Of a stretch of DNA of 64,000 bases, positions 26,250-40,300 are shown piece after piece. The translations under genes were made by a program, and so were the position numbers. How positions within the stretch are numbered: the first letter of the stretch is position 1; each line of letters opens with the position of its first letter. Below the pieces are notes generated by a model. It saw only the letters and a list, made by a program, of their open reading frames with translations, had not been told where the DNA came from and searched no databases. Source of the DNA: Raillietiella orientalis (lineage: Eukaryota); NCBI GenBank assembly GCA_036172245.1, contig JAYWIR010000001.1, positions 3,534,001 through 3,598,000 on the forward strand. Reading direction: 5' to 3'.

Positions 26250-27750
26250 ATCTCGAAATGATGGCATACAAATGATGGCATTTATAAACTGAGGTCTGCA
26301 GGGCAGAATTTCTCACAGCCTGATCCAAACAAAAGCTTTCCGAGAGGAGCACATAACACATAAGAATCGGTGTAATTCGAAACCACTGGAGATTTTTGCT
26401 CATCCCTAAACAAAAAAGACGATCCCATTCCCAAGTTGCGATCATCGGGTGTTAACTTTCGGTTCGTCACCGTAAGAGGAATGAATGGTCATGCCAATGC
26501 AGCAGCGCTTCCTTCGAGCAGTGTGTTTTAAAAAGAAAAGATGTATAGGTCACTTCGTCATGTCGATGATGAGAAAGTGAGGAAGGCAAACTGGATTAGC
26601 AAATTCATGTTTCAAAAATGTTTTGTAGTTATTGAAGTATTAAGACGGATGCCTTCCTGATACTATGCTTTGATATAGGGAGGATTGATTTCTGGGATGC
26701 AACTGGAAGAATGACGGAAATCTGGGTCTTCAATCCCTCCGTTCTTAGGTAATTAGATGGAAGACCATCATTTGGAGATTTCCTTAGAGCACAAGCACTT
26801 TAAGCAATAGAAAATCGAATATGAAAGTTGCGGAATGCCTCTAAGCTGCTCGCTGCGCTCAGTCGGGAATCGTCATGTGAAGAATTGCTCTTTGGAACTC
26901 ACTCAAGAACAAATTGAAAAGGAATAAAAGGCAATCATATTTGTATGTGCTCTGCTGCCTACGGCAATTATTGAGGTCTTCGATCTTTTCTAGCTTTTTT
27001 AAAAAAATTACCTAGAATCACGAATATATATGTCCGTAAGTAATTCATAGATGTCTCTGCTCCCTCATTTCCCTCACACGAGTACAGATTTCACAAAACT
27101 CACAAGGACGACCGGGATTTGTGCAAAAATCTTGAATATATCACGATTTCTCTACGTCACTCAAAGAAGCGACAGTGGAAAGTTTCCGTGCAGCCTGCGG
27201 ATGCATAAGACGTCCCAAGCAAACGCCTTTCATCCCAAACATAATTTTTGAAGAGTCTTTCATTTAAGCGTTTGCTTAAGAATAGGAGTGGGTTTAGGAA
27301 ACTGAAGAATAAAGTTCAAGACACATGTCTACAAATCGATAGTCAGGTGACCTGGACTGCAAGTCTTGTTCCATCGAGAGGAATGACAACACGATGGAAA
27401 TCGAAAGATTGTCCTGGGAGAAAGTCTCGCCCTCCTGGGAGTCCTGTTGGTTTTCCCCTCCACAGGAGTCTTACAATCGCCACTCCAGAACTGCTTTCGC
27501 ACCAGGTTCTCTGCTCCCTTGCGTCTGCCTGATTTTTCGACTTGGTCACTTAATCGCAGTGACTCTCTCCAAAGGTTAAAGAAGGTGAAAGGCTCACTCA
27601 TGTCAGGGACAGCATGTTTGAGTGTTCTTGTTGCCAGCAGCTCCATTCCGACGATCTCAGTCTTCCAGAGGACCTCGCTCTGTTGTTCCACAAAGCACGG
27701 ATCCTCGAAGTCAAGACGTTTTCACCAAGCGTTTCTTTCGGTGGTCGATC
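26250..27750 (+). mobile_element. Decayed L1/Tx1-like ORF2 (RT and downstream region)
   Basis: GL.AEF, LLIPK..DP, IDF.DA and LASWESCWFS...ELLS (like KL..W....LS..GR) motifs in order. Confidence 0.5.
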
Positions 27751-27949
27751 TCGAACCGCCCTCAGCTGACCCTGGAAGGTCTTGATGCAGGAAAGGGAGA
27801 CCTCTGTTCGTGGGAAAATTCCTCAGGGCTTGCTGAGCTGCTGAGCGCGCATTCCGGACCTCGGAGAGGAGAGCACCTCGTTGGCCAACGGCACTCCCGG
27901 ATGTTCCAGCAAGAGGCGGCGCTCACTCGAAGGCCAGTGACCCCACTTC

Positions 27950-29560
27950 TCATCGGCGGCAAACAGCGAACGCTCCTGGGAATGCGGAGAGGTCGGTTCC
28001 ACGCTTTCAATAAACCTGGAACTTGAGGAAGATTCCTGGAACAAAGCTGACCGCGCTTTGAGGTCACGCGCCGCTTCGTGTTTTCTTCCGAGAAGCGAAG
28101 TAGGGTCGTAGCGAAGATGAGGCGCCGCACTCGTTTGGCATCAAGGAGAAGCTTCCGATCCTCGAGGTAACCGCCGCTCGTTCTGGCCCGGGAATACCCG
28201 AAAAACTCATCTCGTCTCGAAAAGGGAGGTCCACCGTGGTGGCGTGCCCTCATCGGAATGGGCGGAAAGCTACGGGTTCGAGCCGGCCGGTGGTGCGGAT
28301 ATGTTGTGAGCAGATTCTTAAACCCGTATGAGGAAGATGAGTGGGGTCAGCACGAAAAACCACAGGACCAGCTGATTACTTTCTTCCTATGGCGGCGTTT
28401 CGAGGAGGGATTGGCAGGAGCGTGAAGGAGGAAGAGGGGCAGAGAGGCTGTGTCTTCTGACGATTTCGAAACGCAAGGGTGCCCTGCAGCTGGAGATGCG
28501 AGACATTGCGCCAGTTTCTCCCCAGCGGAGGTCCATAGGTGACCCACCGCCAGTCTCACCTCTCCGCGGCAGGGTCCTCCCTCCATTGTCCAGGACGCGC
28601 GCCGAGAACCACGGAAACCAAGTCTTCCCCTCCGCTGGTCGTTCCAGGTCACCTGATCTCGACACGCTTGTTGCCGCGAAGAAAGAGCCTGCCTTCCCCT
28701 CTCCCGTTCCCAGCCCCCGCTCCCGCCGAGTGCCATCCCGTTCACGGGTGGCCAGATGTTGCCGGAGGATCGAAGGGGAGTCAGGTCGCCTGTAACTCGG
28801 ATACGAGCCCCGGGGGGCAGCGCGAAGCTGCCACCATCCTCTACGTCCAGGAGAGTGGCCTTCTCTTTGGAAGTGCGCAGTTTCAGACAGGTCCGCCTTG
28901 CCGGGGCCAGATCACACTGCAGTCGCTGCGGAGCTAAGCCGCCGCCGGCACACTTTCCTCGGGATGAGCCCCTTCTTCTGCGCGTCTTCCAAATCGTGGA
29001 GCCCGTAGTGCGGGCCGAGGACTCCTTGAGCTCGCCACATCTCCCACTCTCGTGGGTGTCGCCAAATGGGGCGCTGCTCCCGTCCGCCTCGAATTCTTCC
29101 GGCCGCTCTAGAGCGCTTCCTCTGGACCGTGGCACTCGTTCCTGATAAAACCGTCGATAAAACTAACTTCCTCACATTCCTGCTTCGCCTGCGTCTTCTT
29201 CAGATCCACTTTCCTCCCAGGTCGAGGTCACTGACCCCGACCTCGACCCCGACCCCGTTTTGTCGCGCGGAGCTCGGCTACTGGTCCTCCGGACCTTCTT
29301 CGAGGGACGCCCACAGCCGATTCTTAGGGAGTGGCGCCATCAAAAAAGATGCAAAGAGATGCTTCCTCTCGATCTTCGCTTGCCTCCGCTGCAGTCTCCG
29401 TGGGAGTCCTCGTTCCTTCCGTTCTCCCGGCTGCAAGCCGGAGCCACCTCGGAAGGGTGCCTCCTGCAGCGACCCTTCGAAGGGCCAGCAGGAGAGGGGT
29501 GAGGATGAGCCTCCCTCATCCTCAGCCCTATCCTGCTGACCTTTCTCTTTAGGAAAGTCG
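27950..29560 (-). mobile_element. Decayed LINE ORF1 related to 2050-3400
   Basis: RRLIFATTLLRFS and LLDVEDG match TELLFATADLLRLS and ALEVDDA in the first copy; Arg/Ser-rich frames. Confidence 0.5.
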
Positions 29561-29849
29561 ATCGTCGGGTCCCTGGTCAGGAAAGCACTTCTGTATTCCC
29601 GGAGGGGGCAGAGAAGGGCGGGTGCAGAGCGTTGACTCAGGGTCGTGATGCAGCGAAGGTGTTTCGTGCGTCAGCAGGTCCGAATGCTAGCCAAGCTGCC
29701 AGGAACCGCCCATCCTCCCCGCATTCGTGCCGATCTTTCCCATTCGGACGTCCCAAATCCCCGGCAGGCAGTGCGAAGGCCACCCTCCGCCACGTCCCGA
29801 TCTGCTACTTTCATCCAGACTTTAGGAGGCACGGTCCGGAGGGGACTGG

Positions 29850-31900
29850 GAGGAAGTTCCTCATTTGCCAACTTCCTGGGGAACCAATGGCTTCGAGGGG
29901 ACTTTTGGGAAAAAGCAGGAAAAAAAGCCGTTTTGATGTATTGGTGGAGAGGCATCAACTGCAAAGAAGGTCATAGCTTCCACCTCACCATGGCGTCCCG
30001 GGTTCCATGCGAGTCCTCCCACGACGTTGCGTGGAGAAAGACGTGGATTCTTTGGCAACGCGGTCCGCCCACGAAGTAACTAACTTTCTTGGTCCCAGAA
30101 CGTGGATCATGTTTCCCTGAATGTCCCGAGGAAACTCCGCAATCCTCAGCTTCCCAATGCCTTCACGAGATGCCGCCCTACGGCGAGTGCGGAGGCAGCG
30201 TCTCGCAACTGCTCGCCAGAGACGCGAGCAGGCACGTCTCCGCGCGTGGCGCAACGCAGTGCCGACTCCTGGAGCAGTTGCAAGTCTCTGCTGCCTCGGG
30301 ACATATTTGCGATACGAGACTCGGAAGAGAAAGCTCAGCGCGGAAGGAGCGCCATCTACATAATGACCTCCTTCTTAGGGAGGACGACAAGATGGCATCA
30401 CCTGATGCACAGGTGGAACTTGCCAGCATCCTGCAAAGGTCTCAGAGCAGCCCAGTAAATGACTAGTCATCCTCCATCCCATGCCCGTTCTCCCTTTCGC
30501 TTCGGGTCGGCAGATGTGTGACCTTTTCATTTTTGAATTCCGTTCATTTATTTCAAATAAATGGCCTTGCATGACCGAGACGTCACCCAGAGGCATTTGA
30601 TAGGATGAATAAGCCTTCATAAGTAAGAGTTTCACTTCCCTTAGTGGGCGAAGAAAATCAGCTTTCGCAATGCTATCTTGTTTTTCATCCGAGCTCAGTG
30701 CTGGAAGTGGTGCTTAGAATCAGATAGCTGCTTCTGTGCGTCATCCACCCACACCAAAAAGAGGGGACGAAAGGCATGGAAGGTCCTTTGAGACTCATCT
30801 AGCTGAATCAAAGATGAGAATTTCCGTTCAGCAATCAAGGAAGGGGGGGGGGAGGGGAAGGGTTCTGCCAATTTTTTTTTCCGAGAAGGCGATTGTCTCC
30901 GCGCTTTTTATTAGCTCAAGTTAGGGGTTCAAGGAGACCATGTCTGGTAACTTCTTTCCCAAACCCATTCCTGATGTTGGTCAACTGCAACGCGCCTCGT
31001 AAAGTGAGGTCAAGAGCTTGACCCAGAGCGTGTAGTAGGTATCTTCACAGGAAAAAAAAAAAACATCCGAAAGCCCTCATAGTCCCTTGATGTTTGCCTG
31101 CCTGAACTGTGACTCTCTATTTGGGATTGCCTTGGATTATACCGGGACCGTAGACAACTGTCCTTAAATAAGGACCTTCACTGCGCCTGAGCAGGGAGCA
31201 CGGAAGCGCATCGCAGAGGCAGTCCAGTCTCTCGATGCTGTCCCACAGGAACTATTTAGGAAAATGTTCACTCTTCCCTCGTTCTGCCACAGTGAGAGGA
31301 GTCTTCTTGATTTTGGGTCACATCCCTTGAGCTTTGGCGACTACGAACGCTTGCATGCTGCAGTTCTTAATCGCCTGTCCTTCGTAGAACCAGCTAGGAA
31401 ACAAATGGAGAATCGACCTTGCCGCCGTTGCCTCAAATGAGACGAAACGCAGGCAACTATCTTAAATCATCAGATGCTGCGTCTTCCGCTGTACACCACG
31501 AGGTTTCGATCGATTACATCAAAAGGACGCCGCATGGAAAACAAGAGACCCTAGACCCTGGCCAGCAAGCGGGGAACGCCTGAGGTGACAGTTGTCGTCG
31601 TTGATGCGACCTTGTCATGGGAAGGGACAAACTGAGTCCTCACGCCCTATGAGAGCCGTCCAGCCGACCGTACAGCAGCAGCGTTCAAGGAGACGGAGCA
31701 AAACGTGTGGGAGGAAAACCTCGCACTCCCCCCTCTTGTGCTCAGAAATCCAAGCATCTGTTCACAGGATCGTCTCCTGTCCCTTGGAGATCATAAGGAG
31801 GATGTTCTCTTCTTAAAGAGCTGGGAATTCCGGGAACAGTACGCGACCCAGCTCAGCAAGTTATGCTGGAATGTCCTTAAACATCCAACACAAACAGAAA
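29850..31900 (+). mobile_element. Decayed RLE-type non-LTR retrotransposon (Utopia/NeSL/R2-like)
   Basis: LHNDLLL (YADDL-like, ~30360), FGDYERLHAAVLNRL (FxDWRFIHRARLN-like), RRCLK*DETQATILNH (CCHC knuckle) and VVVVDATLSWE (restriction-like endonuclease). Confidence 0.65.
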
Positions 31901-32957
31901 ATTCACTATGCTCACCAGATGGGACACTCTTCAACCACACCGACATCACCCCCTGTGAGCAGACCTACGTGGTCGCGTCTTCCGAAGAAGACCACGAAAC
32001 CCTTACAACACCGGAACTCGAGCGAACGGGGTTGATCCAACATCGGGAGCACCCAACGCCGAGCGAAAGGCTGCAGATTCGAATCCTGGTAGTGCACACG
32101 AGAGACAAAGTCTTCATGCCAGTAAGGAAGATGCCCTCTGCTCCTGGTCACCCGCCTCGGACGAGGGCTTGGCAAACAACCAAGGTACTGGACAGTAGGA
32201 GGAAATGACGGAAGATGCGGACATCCCTCTCCCGTGCAAGTCCTTTTTGCAATCCCGAAGCTTTCAAGGTTCACGGAGGACGTGCAGACGATGTCCTAGC
32301 GAAAAATTCTCTGGAATTATTGAGGAAGGCCAAAAAATGCCACCTGAAAATGCATCTCGCAACCGGAGGCAGAATAAACAGACCGTTTGATCCTCAGCTC
32401 GTCCACATTTAGCTGAGCACTGCACCTCTCAGGAGGCACCTCAGCCAATCGGAACCCAAAAGGATTTTTAGTCAATCGGACCCCTTTTTTCCTCAAAGAC
32501 TTCTCATGTCTTCCTCTGGGTGTCAGGTTCGGAACACCCAATGCTATGGTTTCGTCTCCTTTTGGCTTTAGGGTTATTTTGTAAAACGGGAACCCCGCTC
32601 CAGTGGGTGTTTCTTGATTTGTCCCCAATTGTTCCTTGGTCAGATCCTCTCGCGATTTTGTTTCTTTTTTCTTTCGAAAATTCCCATCGAAGGCAGAGCC
32701 TTTCTTCTTCCCTCTTTCCGTTTCTTTTATTGGCGATGGATTTCATTACGGCTCCAATTAAGAATGGAAACTCACATGTACGTGAAAGGCGTCGTGCGAG
32801 AAACGTTTCCAAGGTAACCGAAAGAAACTTTTCCTGCGGAAGGCATGTGATTTTCGAGATCAGTTCACCGATTTTGGCTGCTTCACAATGCTAACAGGAG
32901 TTACCCGTTCCTCTCTCCAATTCGCTGAGTACCTCAAGAACCGTCGCACACTTGAAA

Positions 32958-33664
32958 GTCCACACAGCTCTTTGACATCGTTCCACTCCACCTCAGGGTG
33001 CGTGTGATTCTTCAAGATAAGAGGCCCCGAGAGGGGACCACCCTATGAATCCAGGAAGCGCTCCGGAGAAGGGAGTCCGTTCCTTTCACGCCTGGGGAAG
33101 GATCCTTGAAGGGAATCCCCTTTCTTATTCTCTTCGGAGAGACCCCCGGAGGGAACCGCTCCATTTTTTCTTCTCTGTAGCCCGGAAAAATCCCCTATCA
33201 GGAATTTCTTCTCTGGGAGGACCCTCTCAAGGGAACCGCTCCTGATTTCCTCCTCTGAAGAGAACTCCGAAGGGACGCTTCCGAAATTTCTCAGAAGGCG
33301 CTCCCCGAAGGGAGCAGCGAGCTTCTTGCACCACACCTACTCCATGGTACGAGACGGAGGGTATTTCCCCTCCGAAGGGAGAGGTCAACTCCTCTGCATA
33401 ACTGAAGGGGGACCCCCACTCCTTGGTTCTGTTTCCTGGAAGGACCCGGAGTCGACTCTCAATCCCGGCCACTCATCGGGGGCATCCGGTTTCAACCGCT
33501 CCGGTGCAGCACCCGAATAAAGGCCAACGAGCATCCTCTTTCGGGGGAAACTCGAAACTCACAGTGCATCCTCCATTTCTCTTGCGCCGATCGTTTACGG
33601 GGTATTCCAGCCCGCGACGCCTGGTGCCACGCGCGGAGACCGCAGCCACTGGCCTCCGACACGG
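32958..33664 (-). repeat. Unclassified GC-rich interspersed repeat, copy B
   Basis: Reverse complement aligns with 24921-25718 from the ccgtgtcggagg head to the aagagctg..ggac tail. Confidence 0.85.
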
Positions 33665-34129
33665 ACCTCCAAGAAGGCATGATCTCGGAGTTCCCTGATT
33701 CCCTCGTTAGTCAACTTTAAAAAAAGACTCCAGTTGAAAGGATGGTAGCTTCCGTGTACTCAGGGAAGCGACGAATTTCGTTCATCTGGTGTGGTCAATG
33801 TTTTCCAATAGCCGAGCTAATGAAGAGTCCATTATCTGCCTGCTACTTTTGCAGCTCTGGGAGAAGTTCTGGGTTCTCTCTGCATCTTTCAGTGCTCGGT
33901 AGAAACGGCTTGCCCCAGAATGAACGCAAGCCTCTTCTCATCGATCTCTGCGTGAAGAGCGGGATCATTCCGGACTTCTCCTGACTCTTCGGGAACACAC
34001 CTGAAGCGTTCGGAGGGGATCGAGCGAGAAAGGAGGTCAAGCAAAAGGAACTCACTGCTCTCCTGACAACGAAGAACGTTCAGGTGACCGAATAAACTCC
34101 TATTCTCTCTGGAGCCCTAGGAACACCGA

Positions 34130-34380
34130 AATGAAAAAAGGTAATACGAGGACCTGCTGACACGTTACCTCAATTAAACGAGGCGTCTTATGGTTGTCTC
34201 GAGCATTATAACCGGGATATCTATTGGATTGGGATACTCCCCTCCCTTTCCGATGAGGATAGCAAACAGAACATCGACTAGCTGATGTCAGTCGATGCAA
34301 ATGCGAACGGAGGTTTCCTGGAAGCGATCTCACAACATCACGCGCGCGCAGGGAAAGGATGGACTGGAACATGGATTTGA
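34130..34380 (-). pseudogene. Possible 3' end of an RLE non-LTR element
   Basis: LRARDVV...RCSVC...KTPRLIEVT resembles a zinc knuckle plus endonuclease, internally deleted. Confidence 0.3.
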
Positions 34381-36056
34381 AGATGGTGAGGACTACGAAG
34401 AGATATTCCCCTTCATTTTTTGCGACCCGCAGTTCAATCAGTAGGAAAGCTAGCAGTTTTTCTATTGATTAATGATGATCGGCTTTGTCTCATTAACCCA
34501 TGAATCATCAGGAAGACACCTCCTTCTCTTCTGGGTATCATATTCTTGGGAGCTCGACGCCTTAATTATCCACCAGCGGTTCTTCCCCTTATAGTGTCCA
34601 CTCCGAAATTGTCCGCATGTGCGAAAATAACGACCTTCGTTCTGTATGAAGGGATAATACATGGATGCTGCAATTCATTTTTATTCTGACTACTGTGTTC
34701 CCTTGGTGTCCATTCTTTTTCTGCAGCTCTGCCTTTATATCTGCATCTTCCGCTGCAGCTGGTGCGAAATGCGATTTCCCAGCGTTCTCGCCGTGATTTA
34801 TAGAAGATATCCGTTAAGGAGCTTCCGATCGGATTTTCTTCCGTGACCTTTCCCTCCAGTCTTCAGTAGTCAGTGTTTCCAGGGGCTGCATGATGCCTAT
34901 AACAGGAAAATCTGAGCTCATCTCCGCAGCTGCTTTAACAAATCGCTCATTGTGGAAGGTCAGCTGAGGGTCACTTCTTCTCTGGACTGTAGAGGCAAGA
35001 AAAACCCTACTAAATGAGAGGGGTGAGAAGAGAAGTAAAGCAGAGTTTTTGGAAGTGGACATCCGGTGCACACGATGCGATGAACGGCACGAATCCAAGT
35101 CTTTACTCGTTTTCCTGAAAGTCAAATCTCCAGGCAAGATCAGCCTGCCCGCACACATTCTCACCAAAGAACCTTTTTCCGGTTTCCTTCATGCGCCCCT
35201 CCCACTGAGTTCTCTGCTTTCTACAATCCCCTCTTCTGCTTGTTCCCTTGCTTTCCAGATCTCTTCCATCGCTTGCTCACTTCAACTGTCTCTGAGAACA
35301 ACAAGAGCATGGTGGCTTGGTAGTGTAACTCCTGTTCCACGTAAATATGAAGTTGGCTTGCAAAGTGCAGATCAAATTATGTAAGAGAATCTCCAGCAAT
35401 GGTCCCTATGGTTTCAGAAGCTTTGGAAGACATCAGCAGAGAGCAAAGATGGAAATTCCTTATTTGCGCCGGAACCGAAGAGAGAATCTCGTAGAGCAGG
35501 TTTCAAAGGTGTGTGGCCTTCAGGCTCTGTTCAAAGATTGAAAGTACCAGCAGGACAGCTTCTATGGTCCTGATGAGGAAGCTGAGAAACCTCAGATCGG
35601 TAGCCACGGCTTGCCTTTAGGTCGATCTTCGGAGAAAAAATTCTCGTCCGCCGAAGCGAGGGAAATCGGCACCCTTTTTTCTTTATGTATCACCCAGAAA
35701 ACAAAGGCGTTGCACTTTCTCATCTTCTCATTTTTGAAGGAACGCTCTCAGCTTCCTAACAAACTGAGGGCCCATTTTCGAACCATCTGCATCCGGACTG
35801 TGCCAAACTCGCGGCGTTCATCAGATGCCTGGAATCAAGGCGAAAAGGAGTTCGTTCTTGTCTTCACTGTTGCGTTCGTTTTGGTCATCTGGAGAACTCC
35901 CATTTTTCCTCCTTGCGCTGCTCCATTTTCCGAATAACAGACACGCCGCCAGTGGATAGACCTTTGGGCTATCCAGTTGACCATTCCCCATCTCTTCGTA
36001 TTGAAAGCTCGCTCGTATGGAGGGATGGTTCTTTCCCACCCGGGTGCGCCGGGGCG

Positions 36057-37020
36057 TTTATTTCTAAACTATCCAGGAACAGTGTTCCCGGACAAAGGAC
36101 ACAGAAAAAACGAATGGAGGGATCCCCGACACGCAGGTCGGTAAACCGAAAGTCCGGAACGGGAGGGAGGGGACCACAAATACACATATATAAAAAAAAA
36201 AATAAAGATATGGGAGGGGAGGGGACGGGGGTCTTTGGCTTCGGCCGTTCCTTTCTTTCAGAACCGGCGGTAGATGCCGGAGATTTCGCTCCTCACGTCT
36301 TCCGGAAGATGGGCCCACTCGGAAGCCGACGTCATGTTCTCCCCGGCTATCCCGGTGGCCTGTCGTCGAATCGCCTGGGTCTCCAACTGTCGGTGAGCCT
36401 TGTCGATGGCGCGGGTGCAAAAGACCGTTGCAATACCAGCACCTAAGGACAGGCCGCCTGGAGTGAAGAAGCGGCGCATCAAGTCTCTTGAGGTGTCTTC
36501 CTGATGCTGGAGAGCTGAGGCCAGCCTCCGCCACAGTCCTTGGAGGACACCGCAGTCCAAGAGCAGGTGCGGGAGCGTTTCCACTTCTCCGCACCTTTTG
36601 CAGTTTGGGGAGACAACTCCCCCGGAAACACGGTTCGTCCGCTGGTTGGAATGAAAACCCCAATGCACCAGCATGATGACGTCCTGCTTCCAAGAAAGGG
36701 GGAACACAGAAGTGTTCAAGCAGGAGGGAGGGACTACAAGTTCTTCGGGGGGTACACTCAAAAGTCTGCTCCACCGAAGGAGTCCCTTCGCGATGTTGCG
36801 AGGCATGGCGGCGTCTGCCAGCTCGCAAGTCCTCCAGCCGCCCATGGGTCGGGTTGCTCCTGCGATGGTGCAGGCGACCTCCCACTCGCCGGTAGGCAGC
36901 TGTCATCGCTTGTCCTGAGGGCTGACAGCGCGTCGGTGAGGGATGGTTGTCATGCTGGCGCAAATGCCGTAATGCCGAGTTGCTCATTGGAAACACACCC
37001 TGCCGTGTTGTTGCCACTCA
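36057..37020 (-). mobile_element. 5'-truncated L1/Tx1-like LINE 3' end (zf-RVT domain plus 3' UTR)
   Basis: ORF 36258-36845 contains PNCKRCGEVETLPHLLLDC...LW. After the stop comes a ~200-nt UTR with AATAAA on the minus strand at 36057-36062. Confidence 0.85.
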
Positions 37021-37899
37021 CACAGACTCTCAACTAGTTAAGAAGTCTTTCAGATGAATGCTCCTGTTTACATAATGACTCTGATGACCTTCTAGACAAT
37101 GGTACATCATGAATGGGTGATGGTGTGGTGATTGTCGGTGCTCTCGTTGACTTCACGTGCTGCCATGACAACAGCCTTCCTGTTTGTTCCCGTTCGGGAG
37201 AGGATGAAAGCAAAGGGGAATTTCAGTATTGGATCTTTGTCTTCCTGACTTCCTGTAAGCTCCTCAACCTTTCTCTTCACAGTCCTTCCTCCATTCGAGT
37301 TGGGATTTTATCCCGAGTGCAGTCCTCCAGTCACGAGCCAGCGAGCGTGAAGACGGAGGAGTGGAAGCAAAAGGGCGTGATTACGTCCCAGAAGGGAAGT
37401 TCGGAAGGCAAGTAGCTCAAAAAGAAGATTCTGGCGTCTCAGGTCTGGGGAAACACCTTTCGCTGCCGTAGGAGGATGGCAGGGGCCACACGACCGACAG
37501 CTTCACGGACGAGCGAGATACGGACTCTGCATTATGAAAGTTGGAGAAGGCGAGAACACACGGAGTAGCTGAGCATCCGCAAGTAGAAAATCTGAGGATG
37601 CGAGAGTTTACAGGAGCGTCCTTGGCACTGGAACTGCAAGAGAAGGGACGAGGATCGTAGAATTTGAAAATCCTCTGCTGACTTCCATCATCAGATTTTC
37701 TCTTTGATGATTTCCGCATTTCTTTCATCCATGTTTTGGATGAAATCGTAAGTGCCCTCCCAATTCCGCCAGCAGCTTCCTTTTCGATCCTCTCAACCTT
37801 GTGGATGGTGTGGTCTGCTGCTGTTCGGCTTATCATCCTTCCACTTGTTCCCAGCTTCTAGCATCTGGGATCATCTCGCATGCTGTTTCGATTCCGCTT

Positions 37900-40300
37900 C
37901 CATCTGTCTCTCCTCAGAAAAGATTTTCCTTATCGCACCTTTCCGTTCGATAGTTGCAGGGGCCAAGCTAATCCAAGACATCACATCCCAGATTCGTGTC
38001 ATCATCAGCCTTTCCTCTGTGGCTTGTATTGAGCTTCTTTTTTTTTTTAATACGGAGCTCTTAAAGCTCTGAATTATCAACGTCATCCACACTCGCGACC
38101 TCGTTGTCTTATCTTGAGTCAATTCCCACCCTGTCTGCGAGGTGTGTGTGTAATCAGAGTGCATAGGCTCGTTGCTGATAGTTAACTGATGCTCCAGCAC
38201 CGAGGAAGGTGTCTCTGCTAAGGACACGAGAGCAAGCAAACTATCCCTACGCAACTTCCAGTCAGCCTTCATCCCGTTCCGTTAGTTCTTCCCACCTCTT
38301 GAGGATCTCCATTCCTTGGAGTGCGAGTGCTCTTGCGAAGAGACGCCCAGCATCCTTCGAGGGACCCACTTTCCTCGTCTAACCCAGATAATCCTTCTGA
38401 GAGTGGAACCTGGCAGGTGCTCTCCATTCGTGATGGTGTAGTCAAGGAAATTGTTTAGTAGACCTCTGGGATCCTCCGTGGAAATCGCCATTTCAGCCCA
38501 ATGATCCACTTTCGGAGCAACTAAATGCTCCTTCGTTCTTCGGTGCATGACGCCATGATTGACCTTCGAAGGCAGGGTTCGATTGTTCCATTGGTGGAAC
38601 GACAACACGACGACCCTGAGTGGCAGAGGTTATTCGCAGTATTCCTGAGGGAGCATGAGGCTGGTAAGAATCAACCTGCTGGCTTCCAGTGACCGGTATT
38701 GTGAAAAAGGAATCCTCATCGACGATGGGAAAACTCTGTGAAGATCTTCACAAAGTTTTCTCAGCTTGCCATCTTCAGAGAAGGTCAGGCAATGGGTTCA
38801 CACATGGGGAATCGCAGATGTCTGCGCTCGACTTTTACTGCGTTTTCGAACTCCTGACCGTCCTCATTGTTCTTCTCGTTCCTTCGTAATCCTTATCACG
38901 AGCCTTGGCTCTCGACACATTCTAATCCAACCCCTCCTCTTTTGTTGCTGTGAATCATCCGATGTAATGTGCCCCTCCTTCCTTCCCCCTGAAATTCGTT
39001 TCTCAACCATGGCTGTAATGATCGTCGACTGCTCTTTTCTATCGTCCCCTCTTTGCCGAAAGCAGATGACATATTGCGGGATGTCTAGCAGCTCGTGGTC
39101 TCTGCTCTTCAGCAGGACAAGAAAAGGACCTCATACAAGGTCTGCTAGAGAGATGGGAAAGCAGCTATTTCCTTAGACTTCCCATCCATCTTTCATCTTA
39201 GGAAGAGGCGGAAGGAGACAAAGTCACAGTCCTCACCAGTGGATTTTCCAAGGCTAAAACAGAAAAGGTCATTCTTCATCAGAAGAATATGATGGACAGC
39301 TTAGCGCTAGTGCATCCCCGAATCATGACGTGCCAGTGCCGGAATTGATGATCGAATTGTTTCAGAGGAGTCGAATAATTTCTTTGGAAGCGGTAGTCCT
39401 TGAATCCCGAGAATTAATAGGCAATTCCGGGTCACGAAATCAGTGTGCCGCTTGAGGTCAAAGCCAGAAATAATGTCTGTTTTGTTGCATTCCGACGAAA
39501 AGTCTCTTGGTATGATTTGCTATTTTTTCCCGTCTCTCTTACGTTTCCCTCAGAGGAATGGGAAAGGTGAAGTTTTTGGTGTTCAGGCATCACCTCCAAC
39601 GCCCCAGACATCCCACGAAGTGAGGCACTGAGATTCTGATCAGGGAAATGTGCTGGGTTGGATTCCACCAGGTCTCCGGCCATTTTCTCATCAGCGGAGG
39701 CAAACTAAGCCTTGAAGGCTACGAAGACATCCTTGGGGATCCTTTAACATCTTCACTGCCTGCATCTCCTTTTCATCTCCCACGTGTGAGATTTTACCCT
39801 CACAAGGCTGTGGTGCCACGAGAGCTCTTTCATTTCGTCTGGTTACCCAACCTGTGCCTGTGATCTCGAGCAACGTATGCCGGAGCATGACTCACTGATA
39901 TGCTCACCTGTTATGCTCCACCCATATGTTAGGGACCTTCAGCTCTCTTGAGACTTCTCAATTTGCCGGAACCACGATTCTAAAGATCTCTAAAGACTTA
40001 TCCAGTGCTTCAACCGAAGATTCGTGGGGAAAAGTGACGTTCATTCCTGCTTTTTCCCTGTTCATGTTGGAGACAAAATCTGGTCACAGCTCCGGATCTG
40101 TTCCGATTGATAAGAGGCCACCAGCGTTCACCTCTGCACAACCTTCGTCATCGAGGCTACCAGTTCGTCGTGCCCCTCGATAACTGTCATTAATTCTAGA
40201 GGCAGTAGTTGACCATGTGGGTGAGGGATTTTTTCCATCCTATGTATCCCTTCTGAGCATGTAGTGCATTGGACGCTGTTCGTGCAAGTTTTAAATTGAG
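37900..40300 (-). mobile_element. Decayed Ty3/Gypsy pol
   Basis: Minus-strand HAPAYV (NAPATF-like), VESNPA, NPLPDLL.R (N..ADALSR-like) and HLVAPKVDHWAEM (integrase core) in RT-RH-IN order. Confidence 0.55.

Noticed and set aside
32055..32090. tRNA B-box-like gcagattcgaatcctg
   Set aside because: No properly spaced A-box or cloverleaf.
36064..37017. 317-aa ORF, the longest in the track
   Set aside because: It is mostly an alternative frame overlapping the real LINE zf-RVT frame; Arg/Pro-rich with no domain.
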